Assembly: GCA_001642005.1 (NCBI GenBank)
Contig: LWCA01000321.1
Coordinates: 1 to 32,689, forward strand
Direction of reading: 5' to 3'
From: Intoshia linei
Taxonomy: Eukaryota > Animalia > Orthonectida
DNA: 32,689 nucleotides
Below the pieces are notes generated by a model that made no database searches, was not told where the DNA came from, and worked only from the letters and a program-made list of their open reading frames with translations. Position 1 is the stretch's first letter. Each line of letters begins with the position of its first letter. A program made the translations under genes and the position numbers. This document shows positions 13,391 to 25,200 of the stretch, in pieces.

Positions 13391-16300
13391 TTATTTTAAA
13401 TTTTTACATCTTTCCATAGCCCTATTAAAAGTGAAATTTAAAAATGGAATGACTTTAAAAATTACCTTAACAGTTTTATAAATATCCATAAAGTTTGATG
13501 ACATGCTATTTTTTTTCTTTTTAATAGTTACAATGTTTTCATTCAAATTTTCTTCTATATGGTATCGATAAGGTTTAATTTCCTTTTCCAATCTTGATTT
13601 TTTAATGAAATCTACCCATATAGATTTTTTGGTAATTGGTTCAAATAAAATTTTAATTGCATGAGGTTTATCAATAAGAAATAATGTTTCAGAGAAATGT
13701 TGTGAACCATCCTCTTCATCGGTATAAAAACATTTTTCATAGCCACCTAAGTTTTCGTAAAAATATATAACTTGGTATTTTACATAAAAATGAATGCGTA
13801 ATCTTTTTTAATGTTACCAAAACTTTATAACCCTTTTTAAGTGCGTTTTTTGTTAAAACTTTTGTCATTTCTTTTGAAAAGTATACATGCTAAATTAGTT
13901 TTCAATATTTTAATTCATAAACATACTGCTATTTGAGGTAAATCATTGATACTATATAAAACAGACTTGTTGTAATTGTCTAAATCGTAAATTTCGATCG
14001 TATTGTCCATATTTGATTTTATTTTCTGTTTGATAGAAAAATATATATAATTTCAATTTAATTATTATTTTAACTTGATATTATTATTACATATATATAT
14101 TGTATATTAATTTCTTACTTTAAATAAACTATTATGAATTCCAATAATATATGGCGAGTTGGTTCTAATATAATATATTTAAATATACCGAATTTAGTTT
14201 TCTTTTAATTTTTTTCAGTTACAAAAGTTTTAGGAGCCTACGGTTGCAGACACCACTTTGTGACTGATTTAATTAACTTTTTAATTATCGGGGCTATACG
14301 TATTTTAAATATAATGTAATATGGAAAGGTTAATTTCATTTTATTCTACTTTAAATATTATAATTCCATGATACTGCATTATTATATATTAACTAATATA
14401 AATTATTAATAGGAATAAATCAACTTACGAAATGAGAAATGTATTTGCGAAATTTACAATGGGCATCGAAATATGTTTCCTAGAATAAAAAAAATATATA
14501 CATTTACATACACCGAAAGTATGAATCATTTACTTCATTCATTCTCAGAGTGTTACAGACTTTAAGCCTGAAGGTTAATGTGTTTTTGTTCAAATGGGTT
14601 CAATATGTGAGTTTTAAGAGTAATTAATTTGTACCTTGTGATGTATTTTTATGTGAATTTGTTATAAATAGTAATGACTACTTTTTTTAAGATGCAATAA
14701 CTTGAGTATGATCCTTTACTTATATAAAAATGAATGTCTGTGTTTGTGTGTAACCATTTATTGAAAAAATTGACAGTTGCAGGATTTAAAAAAACCCAAA
14801 TTTCTAATACATTTTTTCCCAGATCGTGTTTTCATCTATTTTTCAGTTTCAGAATTTGAGTCCTTGGTCAAAAACCAATTTTCCCTTTATTTTAAAAAAA
14901 TCAACCCAAAAATTTAATAAAACATACATTCTGGCATACGTTTTAAAATCATTAACATTGTCGTTAATCTCAGCCTCAACAATGCATAACTTCATGGTCA
15001 AAACCCCAAATTATTCTTTGTTTAAAAATGAAAAACGTTATAAAATTTTTTTAACATAAATTGTGGGATAGTTTTTAAAATCATAATTTATGTTTCGTGT
15101 ATAATAAAAATGTTCGCCCTCGGCATAGCTAGGATAATGTTTGTACGAAGAACATAACAATCAAGCTAGTCGTAATATAATAAGTATTGTAGGATACCAA
15201 AGACGGAACACCCCAAAAGGGGAACTGTCAAAATTTAAAGTTCAGTTCAATTTAATTTCAATTATTTATATATCTACTACTAAATAACTGTCCAAACATT
15301 TCTTACAGCGATTTCAGTTGCTCGATTTAAGCTTCTCGCCACCTAAGAAAAGTATTAAATATACAAAATTACAATACAAAGATTTTTCAGTTTTAACTTG
15401 AGTTTATAGGCATCATTATTCAATTTATAATATAATCAACTGTAAAAAAATGAAAAAAGATTTTCTGATGAACAAACAATGAATAAATCGATTGTAAACG
15501 TAAATAATTTATACTAAAAAACACAATTCAATTAATTTTTTTAATTTGATTAGAAACAATTCTAGTTACAATGTCATCATCTAATTCTGACTGCACTACA
15601 TATGCATTCGTAGTGATACGAATAATTTTTCATTTGAATATGACAGCTCGAAAGGTTGTAACAATGCTTGGCCGATAATGTAAATAAATAAATATTAATA
15701 ACGTTTATTTATATTCTGTAATTCTAAATTAAATCTATTTCAACTGAACTTTAAATTATCATACCGCTTTTGGGTATGTTTCGTCATTGGTATACGACAA
15801 GTATTATTATAATTTTACCATACAAAAGGATAAATTAATTTTATAGATGCTAAAACACACGATGAAAGTTTGTGACGGTCACTACTGACGAATAAAATTC
15901 TTCTTTCATTCAAAATACTAAAAATATATTTGTATAAAAACGTTGATTTCAATCATACCTATAATATAAATGATAAAGATATGGCCCAACAGATTCGTAC
16001 AAATAATTTGTATTAATCTAAAATATATATATTTAGTTAAATCAGAATACTTGCTTTCATTTTGTTTTTTATAAAGAAAAATAAAATTGTAGTCACTCAA
16101 ATAGGGTTGCGCGAAAAAAATCTACATGTCATGTAAAATGTATTACTTTTAGTCGGATAATTCAATTTAAGGTGTTTAGTCATTTTATTTACTACTTTAA
16201 GATTTTCAAAATAAAATCCAAATTTAGGAAATTGGGTTTCAAAAATACTTTTAAATTATTTCAAAGTTTAGAAACTACTTATCACTTAACTGACATTTTA

Positions 16301-17527
16301 ATTTATAAAAAAAATGACAGAAAACCGTAAACAGTCTATTTCCTAAAACTGATGCTAACTCTGAAATGAATTAAAACGATACTGGTATTATCAGCAAACC
16401 AGCCTTTCTGAAATTTATCTGATTTTAGAATAAATAAATTACATTTAATGAAAAATTCTCGTAGCTATGATCTTTCTTGGTAGTACTCTAAAAATGATAA
16501 TTATAATTATTATAATGATTATTTTTCTTACAAATATTTGGGTAGTTATTATGTTTGAGTTTAATTCAAATGTATCGATCAATTCTATTTCTTTTAATTT
16601 TTTATTATTTTCATGTAAATCATATATTTCAGTAATTAATTTGGTGCATTCTCCTGCTCTACAGGTCATAATGTAATCATGAAATCGATCTAAGAATGCA
16701 TAGAATGTCTCAGACCATTTTTTCTGACTAAAAAATAATAAATAACAAATTAAATGAAAAATTATGTGCCTCATTTCATAAATACACTTATTATTGTAAA
16801 TTTTTCTTTTCTTTGACAAGAAACTTATTAAACCAGTATTTAATCAATAACGCCTGACATACATAAAGTATAACGTTTCTTTAACATAATTATTTACAAT
16901 CACAAATTTTAATTTAATAAGAAACATTAATTTTATGTTTCAATTTTTTACGTTATTCAACCTTTTATCTTAAACTTTAATAGTTGATTCGAGACGACTC
17001 CGATTATAATTATTGACGTCGGTTCTAATCCATAATCATATATTATTAATTATTATTACAATTGTATTTAATATTATTCATATTTGGTAACAATATAAAA
17101 AATTTTTAAATAAAACTAATGTAATATTATCAAAGTGGTAAAACGGTCCACATCCTTATATAAATGGCTCAAAATTCATATTTTAAACATAATACCTGAT
17201 GACACAAATACATTTTTTCTCAGCCATTAATACTCTTGCGTATACAACATAATCGTACAATGAATTAGCAGTAAATGCCATATATTCTGGTTTAGTACCA
17301 CTAAACTTTTTTTATTACAATTCTAAATAATTTATTTTACAAAGGTTGATTAGTTATGGAATCAAAAATATAATATTTTGCATCATCAATAACTTTCTAA
17401 ATCATAATAAATTAAAAATAAAAATATATAACATTACACCGTCATATTTGCTTTTATAACCTTCTGGCATAGAAAGATTGACTTTAAATTCTATTATAAA
17501 AGAATTTATTATATTGTGTTGAACCAT
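13391..17527 (-). CDS. DENN-domain Rab GEF, DENND1/connecdenn-like
   Basis: Phase-compatible exons: 17527-17438, 17396-17341, 17300-17196, 16727-16532, 16487-16443, 16017-15959, 15917-15819, 14479-14429, 14164-14119, 14025-13927, 13889-13784 and 13746-13391 (or a further 44-nt intron with a stop at 13404). Motifs: CICVISQKKWSETFY, LYYSILNERRILFVS..LSSCV..LIYPFVWKHISMPIV, SPYIIGIH and the dDENN segment FLCGYEKCF..FSETLFL..IWVDFI. The true 5' end is uncertain. Confidence 0.85.
14712..15169 (+). mobile_element. Non-autonomous Helitron-like element in a DENN intron
   Basis: A|TCCTTTACTTATATAAAAATGAATGTCTG ... imperfect hairpin ATGTT..AACAT ... GCTAG|T gives TC...CTAG ends inside an AT dinucleotide. 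The interior is homologous to the reverse complement of 9900-10161. Confidence 0.7.
15176..15811. mobile_element. MITE / non-autonomous DNA transposon with imperfect TIRs of about 90 bp
   Basis: 15176-15265 (tataataagtattgtaggataccaaagacggaacaccccaaaagg...aatttaaagttcagtt) matches the reverse complement of about 15725-15811. Confidence 0.75.
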
Positions 17528-18446
17528 TGAAAAAAGTAATTTTTTTATTTATTTAGTCATTTAATGTTAATGTATTTATATTAAAGATTATATGGATCCG
17601 AAGCTGTTGAATACCAATAATAGAAAACCCTAAAATATATCTTTAATCTTATATATCTTAATATTATCTTTAAAAAAAGGGCTAAATTTACTTTAATAAT
17701 AGGTTTTTTAAAGAATTTCTGGGATATTTTTTTACAGTAAAATCTACACGATAAGACGCAAATATAATCCTATGAAACAAAATTATTAATCGTCCAGATT
17801 TTTTTTTAATTAAGTTTTAATAACTAACAAATACATTTAGTAATTAATGAAATATAGGTATTTTCAATTATAATTGCAAAATTCCGAGCGACATAAGTCT
17901 TAGGCATTTATAAAATTATACAATTAATTATGTTAATTAAATGAAAATATTAGATAAATATATATAAAATTACTAATTTAGTATTAGTATTTAGTATTCC
18001 ATCAATAATTTTAATCTATACAATACAATTCTTCTGGACAATCAGGCGTACATAATAGTTTTTAGAGGTACGCGGTCCCATTCGTCGTGTATATATATCC
18101 ATAGTTCTTCTAAGTTGACTGGATGTAGCTTATCAACCGTATCTTTTACATTTTTCTCATGTCTTTAATAATTTTTAAATTTGGACTTTGTACCGGTCAA
18201 TCTTTTAATTTTTTTATACGATTACCCCTTACAAAATGGACGGGTAGTCTTTGCTGTTTGACACGGTTCAAAATCTTGATTTTTCTTCAATCCATCCAAA
18301 AATGTTATTCGTTTGCTTTTCTAAGGATTCTCTGGTATTCTTAAGCATTTATTCTTCCTATACACTTTATTAATACTATTTTTTCCATTTGCCCTAATAC
18401 CATCCAAATCATATTTTACTGGGTATTTATAATAGAGAATATTTTC

Positions 18447-18984
18447 AAATCCAACCATTTTTACTAAAAATCAAAATTTACCGACCTTTATATTTAAAGT
18501 TCTGACAAAATAATTTTTTTTACTGTCCTTCCAATTTAAATACTAACAATCCATTATTTATACTGACACCTTGTAAACTGGCACTTAAATTACTGAAAAT
18601 CCATTATATCAACTGAAAATTAAATATTTCTACTAACAAATAACTTGTTCATCGATAATCTTTCTATTTGAGAATTTCATTTTGTTTTGTTTGTTGATAT
18701 TGAGTTTTTATGGGATACTCCGCAATTCTGTAAAACTAGAATTTTCCTTTTAGGGTTGGTAAAATGGGAATTTTTCTTTTTAGGGGTGGTAAAACCAGAT
18801 TTTTCCTTTAAAGGTTGGTAAAACTGGATTTTTCCGTTGAATGTTGGTAAAACTAGAATTTTCCTTTTAGAGTTGGTAAAACTGGATTTTTTCTTTAAAG
18901 GTTATTAAAACTAAATTTTTCCTGTTAGTGTTGGTAAATTTTGATTTTTAGTAAAAATGGTTGGATTTAAGTGGACACCCTTTG
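18447..18984. mobile_element. TIR-bounded non-autonomous element nested in the Tc1 remnant
   Basis: A perfect 36-bp inverted repeat lies at 18447-18482 and 18933-18968. The right end continues to ...GGACACCCTTTG|TA, a mariner-like terminus. The left tip is missing. Confidence 0.8.
18728..18940. repeat. 29-bp minisatellite, about 7.3 copies
   Basis: Units start at 18728, 18757, 18787, 18816, 18845, 18874, 18903 and 18932. The consensus is roughly TGGTAAAACTRGAWTTTTCCTTTWAGGT. Confidence 0.9.
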
Positions 18985-21111
18985 TAATACTTCTACTTAT
19001 GTAAGTTAATAAGAATTTTATTTTTTACGTGTTCGAACGTATACTCTTCCTTTTGTAAATAATTCAAATCAACTTTCATCAGTGAAGCTTATATTTTTTC
19101 ATTGGTTCGTCCATGCCACTTTTTACTTAAACCTTTTAAAACGGTTTCGACTTGAAATTATTCCATATTATCCAAATCTATATAACACATGTTGCACCGT
19201 CTTTAAACTAGGCTTTTTTGTAATGTTAGAGTGTATTTTAACCTTTAATACTATCAAGGAAGAGTTGTTCTTTGATTCCCTTATTATAATAGTCTCTTCT
19301 TTGGCTGTCAGCATGCATTTTCCATCTGATCTTTACAAGTAAGCTATGCATAAACTTTTTTTGTATTTTTTAATAATAATTTGAAACACACATCGAGAAA
19401 TACTAAAGGTTTTACTTATAAAACTCTGACTTTTTTCTTCCTTGCATTAAGACACGGAATTATATTTTTTTTATCACTTATTCGCGTCATTTACTAAACA
19501 AATAGTTATTTTTAATGTATTGATCATTAGTAATTCATTCTTTATTTCGTTTTCGTTTTTATGGATATTTAATTAATTTTAATTGAAATTATTAAGGTGT
19601 TGTGACTTATGTCGCGCACTGTAGACAAAATTTGAAATCCACCATAAAGAATAATCATAACGCATGTATACATTTTTTTAATTTTAACACGAAATGGTTC
19701 ACATTTGAATAGAGTAAGATTTTTTTGATTTTATACAATAATCGTCATGCTCAACTTTATATGTGAATCAACTTTATATATTAGTTTAGTTGTATGTAAC
19801 AACATAAATGACAGTTATTAATATTTAAATATTAATTAATCCTTTAACTACGACATACATGTTTAAAATTTTTTCAGGAATGTAAAAATAATAAAATAAT
19901 ATAATGTAAAAATTTCATATTTGCATATTATCTTATTTTTTTCAGTGTTGTTCAATGATATGTAACTACTATTTATATGTAACTACTAGTGAGTAGTATA
20001 TGTATACTACTATTGTTATCAAATTATGTTAAAATCATCAACAATTTAAATTTTAAGTGGTTGAATTCTGAAACACAATGGGAGAATATATAATATTGTA
20101 TATATTTGACCAAATAAGAACATCAAAATGTAAATACCTGCATTGTAGAATCCATCTTTAGAAATTATAAAGACAGAATTGAATAAATTTTCCACCATAT
20201 CAATATATTCGATATATTTTTTCGTAATATTTCAGAATATATCTTTGTTTGTTAAGAACTTAATCAAAAATGTTTGTTTTACAAAATAAATTCGTATTAA
20301 AATTAATGATTTAATCGACTTTTCTAAATGATTAGTCCTGTTGGTTTTACCTTAAGAAATTTATTTCGAACTTAGCATTTTAGAAGAAATAGCCTTTAAA
20401 AATGTTTAACATATTATTTGAATTTTCTAGGTGTCCGTTTTCACTATTTTGTTTAAAACTGGCCGACTTTACAATCACGTATTATATGAAGTTATAATTC
20501 CAGCTTCATGAGAGATATATGATTATGTGTATGATTAGTTGCATACAAAATTAATTTCAAGTATTGTTATATTATAAAAAAATTATCTGAAAATAAAAAT
20601 AATTTGATATTTACCACTTTCATCATACAAAAAAAATTTATTGTTAAGTAAAACTTATTATTATGAAGAAATCCTACCGAGAAATGCCGAGGGTGAACTT
20701 TTTTAATTCCACCAAAATGTATATATAAAACGCATCCGTTTTATTAGTGCGACCAGAAGTACGACTTTTGGCACTGTTCCAAAGTCGTACTTCTCAAAAC
20801 TAAATAAGTTTATTTAGTTTAATTTTAACTTAAATGTTCTGTAATGAGATATAATAATTATAAATTAAAGTTGTTCACAGAATCTATTTGTAAAAGTGCA
20901 GTTGTCTAATTTGTGTAAATAAGAGTATAAATAAGGTCAGATATGTACATAAGAGATATAGCAACGCTACATGTTCATTTTTCTAATCAAAAATTAATCA
21001 AAAACATACTTTGTTTCTAAGCAATAAAGTACTACTTTAAGTACAACAAAAATATGGTCAGCCTAGTTTTATCCATGTTGAACATATATTTTTATAATAA
21101 TTTCTCTAAAT

Positions 21112-21645
21112 CAGTGTTCCTTATTAGGGTCCCTTGACCCCTTGGGATCGAAAACTATATTCGTGGGTATGTGAGATTTAAATATAACAGAATTTTTAAC
21201 AACTTTTTTTATTTTTATAGGAGAATTTTTAATATTTATTACAGACTTTATCCGAAAACCAAGACGAACGGTACATTAATATTTAAAAAATCCCACTTTT
21301 ATCCCACCATTAATACAATTTTAAACTCTGAGGGGAAAATCGACTTTTGCCGATATTTTTTTGAAAAGTCCGATTTTATCAAATCTTATCAGAAAAACAT
21401 ATTATTCCAACCTTAAAACAAAAATCCAATTGTAACAACGCTTAAAGGAAATATCATATTTTTCCAATATTTTTTTTGAAAAAACTATTTTATCATCTAA
21501 CAAGTCTTATGAGAAAAAAACTTCAATTGTTTTATAAATTTTTTATATTTCATGTTGTCTTTGGGGTCCAAAAATTAAAATTAATTAATAAATATTTTAA
21601 AATTTACAATATTTGAATCGGAAGCAACTGCCTGATTAAACATTT
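21112..21645 (+). mobile_element. hAT-type MITE remnant / dispersed repeat copy
   Basis: It begins CAGTGTTCC after the 8-mer ctcTAaat. The interior matches the reverse complement of 1065-1290 and part of 25170-25330. Confidence 0.55.
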
Positions 21646-21742
21646 AAAAAAATATTAAGGGCCCATTTTTTATTTGACGGAACTCCGAACAAGGTAGATT
21701 TGGTTTTGGGGCAATGACACCCTGAATGTTTAGTTTTTCTAG

Positions 21743-22111
21743 AATCTCCCAATATTCAAACAAACAAACTGTGGTATTGTAGTTTAGTTGTATACCAAAT
21801 CGTATAAAATAACTATTCCAAATAGAAAATACGTTTATTCATGATTGTAAAATTATTGAAATTGACAAATCCAAAATATTGTCAAAAACGATACCGTTTA
21901 TTGTACCATGGTATGTACGAACAGGAATCTGACAGCTGGTTTCCTAAATTTTATTTAAAATGCCTTAGTTTCAGTTTACTATTTACTTTGATGGGAGGGT
22001 AATTGTTTGATTCTCTTTATATGTAAATGTAGGACAGGTTACATTTTTGATAAACTGGAGGATTACGAAAAAAGTTATAAAAAAAAACTAAACGACGACA
22101 AAAAGAAATAG
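21743..22111 (+). CDS. 3' exons of an unidentified gene
   Basis: Exons 21743-21773, 21826-21910 and 22033-22111 splice in phase to NLPIFKQTNCENTFIHDCKIIEIDKSKILSKTIPFIVPWTGYIFDKLEDYEKSYKKKLNDDKKK*. Upstream exons, possibly within 19600-21060, were not resolved. Confidence 0.4.
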
Positions 22112-22241
22112 TTCATTAGCACTAAAATTTATAAATGTAACTTGGTTTATAATACATTTTTATTAATTGCCTATATATTGTTTACTCTTGAATGGGAATA
22201 GATTTCGACCTAAATTTGATAATATTTCAAAATTAAACATT

Positions 22242-25200
22242 ATGAATAACGATGATTTATATAAGTAAAAATTTATTATATTATACAATTTCAATAATAG
22301 GAAAGCATTACAGAACCAATTGCAGTTTAATCTTTACACTGACAATGACGTGGAAAAAATTTCAAACTTAATAAACTCGGTACAGACAAAAAGCGGTGTA
22401 TGGAAAATATATAATTTTGATTAAATTATTATATTTTAAAATATTTTGAAGATTTATTAATCATAAATATTGAAATTTAGAGAAAAACAGTCGTAAATGT
22501 CATCAATACTGATAATAAAAATTATTTACATTCCACTGAAATGAATTCAGATTCAAATCGAATTGAAAATATGGGAAATGCTACCATGTCAAATATGGAA
22601 TTTGCAAAACCTAATAAAGCAATGGAATCGAAACAATCAAATTATGACAAAATTGTTTCTCAATGTATTAATCGTAATGTATTATGGCAAGACCCCGATT
22701 TTCCAGCAACATCGATATCAATGTATTATAATAATCCTATTCCATATAACCCCATTATTTGGAAAAGACCATTTGTATATTTACCACTTATTTTAACAAT
22801 TTTATTTATTAGGAAATTATTTCAAATCCACATTTTATTAAAGATGGGGCCTCCAGATTTGATATAAAACAAGGCTTGTTGGGTAATTATTCTTAAATAG
22901 GTCAATAATATGTATCATACATATATCCATTTTATTAAATGACTGGGTCCCTTATTTTAGAAATTATAAAATAAAATTGTATAATTGAAAGTCATATTTT
23001 CAAATTTAAAAAATGAATACATGCATAACGAGAATGCTTGAAAAAATATGTCTTTGAATTCCCTCATTTTTAAATAATATGCAGGTACTGTCCGACATGG
23101 ACATAATTGGAAGAACATGGAAAGTAGTTCTCCTCCAAAAATTCTGTGTAACTAACTATAAAAATTTAAACATGCCAAAATAGTAAGTATTACAATTTAG
23201 ATTATATTTTAACGCCACTTAGAATTCGAAATAGTCCTAACACTTGACTACCAAGTATTCCAGTTCAAAACATGACCTCTCCTCCACCTTGTTGGCGACG
23301 CAATCTAATCGGAACTATAGCATCATTAAGTACTCAGCCTCATGACCACCCATCCGGTCTATCTGAAGTTTTACGGCATTCATCAGTGAAGAGAACCATC
23401 TGGAAATTTGTCTTTAGCCCAATTAATACGTTTTACTTTATGAATTGGCGTAAAAATTGATTTTTAATACCCTACAACGAGTATTTCTTGAGGCATTAGT
23501 AATGTTACAAGTTGTAAATAATTTGGAACTAGTAGCAAGTGGTGTGGTAGATATTTCCCTCATTAATCGAGATAATTATCGCTGTGTCACTACCTTTTTT
23601 TTCCATATTTTGACCTATCATTTTTTTTTTTGATGGGTAATGAGCCCATTTTTTAATTGTTCGATGGTCGCTTTTTAGAACTTTGGATATTTGAAGAGTT
23701 GTCTTTCCTCTGGCCAATAAGTTCGTTATTTGACATTTTTCGTAATTATTTAAGTCATTTTTTTGTCCGATTTCAAATTTGCCTAACAAATTGACACACT
23801 AATTTAAGCAAATAAACAATAATATGTGAATAAAAAGTTTTTTATAAATTAAATTTAGTTTTTTTAATGAATACTATTAACATCAATTAAAAGCCACCTA
23901 ATTACAAAAAAAATTGAGTTTATTGAGTTTATTACATCAATTTTAGTCATCTGCCTAATCAATTGACACACTGTGTATACTCATTTTGTGACGGAAAATA
24001 TTTACCAATTTTTAATTTTCTAAAATGTATTATATCATAATGTACACATTACATCAGTAACCGCCAAAATTTTTTTCAGCGCCTTTCTTAGAATAAATTC
24101 TACGAAAATTGATATAATTTTTTAAAGATGCTGAAGGCTATACGGTCTGAAAACATATATTTAAAAAAAATTAAATTATTTTGTATCACCCACTTTGACG
24201 AACACTGCACTACATTATAATTTATTATAGGAAATTGTTGGTTTTTGGCAGCCTTGTCATGTTTGACGCCAAACGAAAAAATGTTTAACAAAGTGGCTCC
24301 AGATCAATCATTTACTGAGAAATATTGTGGTAAATTATTCAATGATAAAATTTTTTTAAATAAATTTAGGCGTATTTAAGTTTAATTTTTGGCAATATGG
24401 TGAATGGGTACAAGTTATAATTGATGATAGATTGCCTACATATAATAATCAATTAATATATCAAAGTTCACATGATAAAGCTGAATTTTGGGGAGCACTA
24501 TTGGAAAAGGCATATGCAAAGTATTCTTTTCTAACATTTATATTTTTACAGATTTATGATAATAAGGGCAAATAAAATACTATAAATGCTTATTTTGATG
24601 TGTTAATCAACATAAAATTACAATCATTATAATACCAATAATATGCCTGTTAATTGACTAATTAAAATTTTATAAATGCTATAAAGTCAGTTTTTTTTCA
24701 TAAAAGTTAAAAACTTTTTCTATGTATTTTATTTGATCACATTAATTTAATTCAGTGCTTTTTAACCTTTTTTACTTCATGGCCAACTTGTGAAATACAT
24801 AAAAATTTGGCACACCGTTAATTTAGATAAGAAAAAAACACATCGATATTCGAAAATGTCCTAAGATTAAAGACGATAAATATATAAAATTATAATACTA
24901 AAATAATAATTAAAAAATACTTTTTTTTTTTTAATATAAATAAATAAGTAAATAAAAATACGTATTGTTTGTGATATTATTAGAAGCGGTGTAATAATTA
25001 CAAGATCTAATAAATTCATCAAATTCGCATAGATTAGTGCAAAGGTGGGAAGCATTTATTGTTCGAATGCCGCACTAACGTCCCAAAAAAATTTAATAAG
25101 GCCGCACCTTTCTAAATAAAATTTAATCAAATACAGCAGTGCTTCTGATGGGGTGACTGGTCACCCCAAGGGTTTAATAATTTTATTAGGGGTGAATGAT

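Larger units (their letters stand above)
18020..19490 (-). mobile_element. Decayed Tc1-family transposase, split by an insertion
   Basis: The N-half (19490-18990) has an HTH-like start, LTAKEETIIIRESK..SLKTVQHVL and KNISFTDES*FELF..GRVYVR. The C-half (18425-18020) has *PVQSPNLKII and PVNLEELWIYIHDEWDRVP..SRRI. Many stops and frameshifts. Confidence 0.85.

Noticed and set aside
13391-14010. Separate small gene starting at ATG 14010 with a CABIT-like LPQIA motif
   Set aside because: A splice acceptor at 14026 joins it in phase to the upstream DENN exons, and the sequence aligns as the cDENN end and dDENN.
16467-16676. Plus-strand hydrophobic poly-Ile ORF
   Set aside because: It is antisense to DENN exons, and the Ile run comes from an ATT/AAT-rich 44-nt intron.
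18728-18940. 29-bp repeat array as a CRISPR or coding repeat
   Set aside because: The units are contiguous with no unique spacers, no cas genes are present, the context is eukaryotic, and the period is not a multiple of 3.
18159-19342. Plus-strand ORFs 18159-18344 and 19082-19342
   Set aside because: Antisense shadows of the decayed Tc1 transposase.
23272-24291. ORFs 23272-23460 (+) and 24100-24291 (-)
   Set aside because: They are antisense to the Tc1 remnant and to the calpain catalytic exon respectively.
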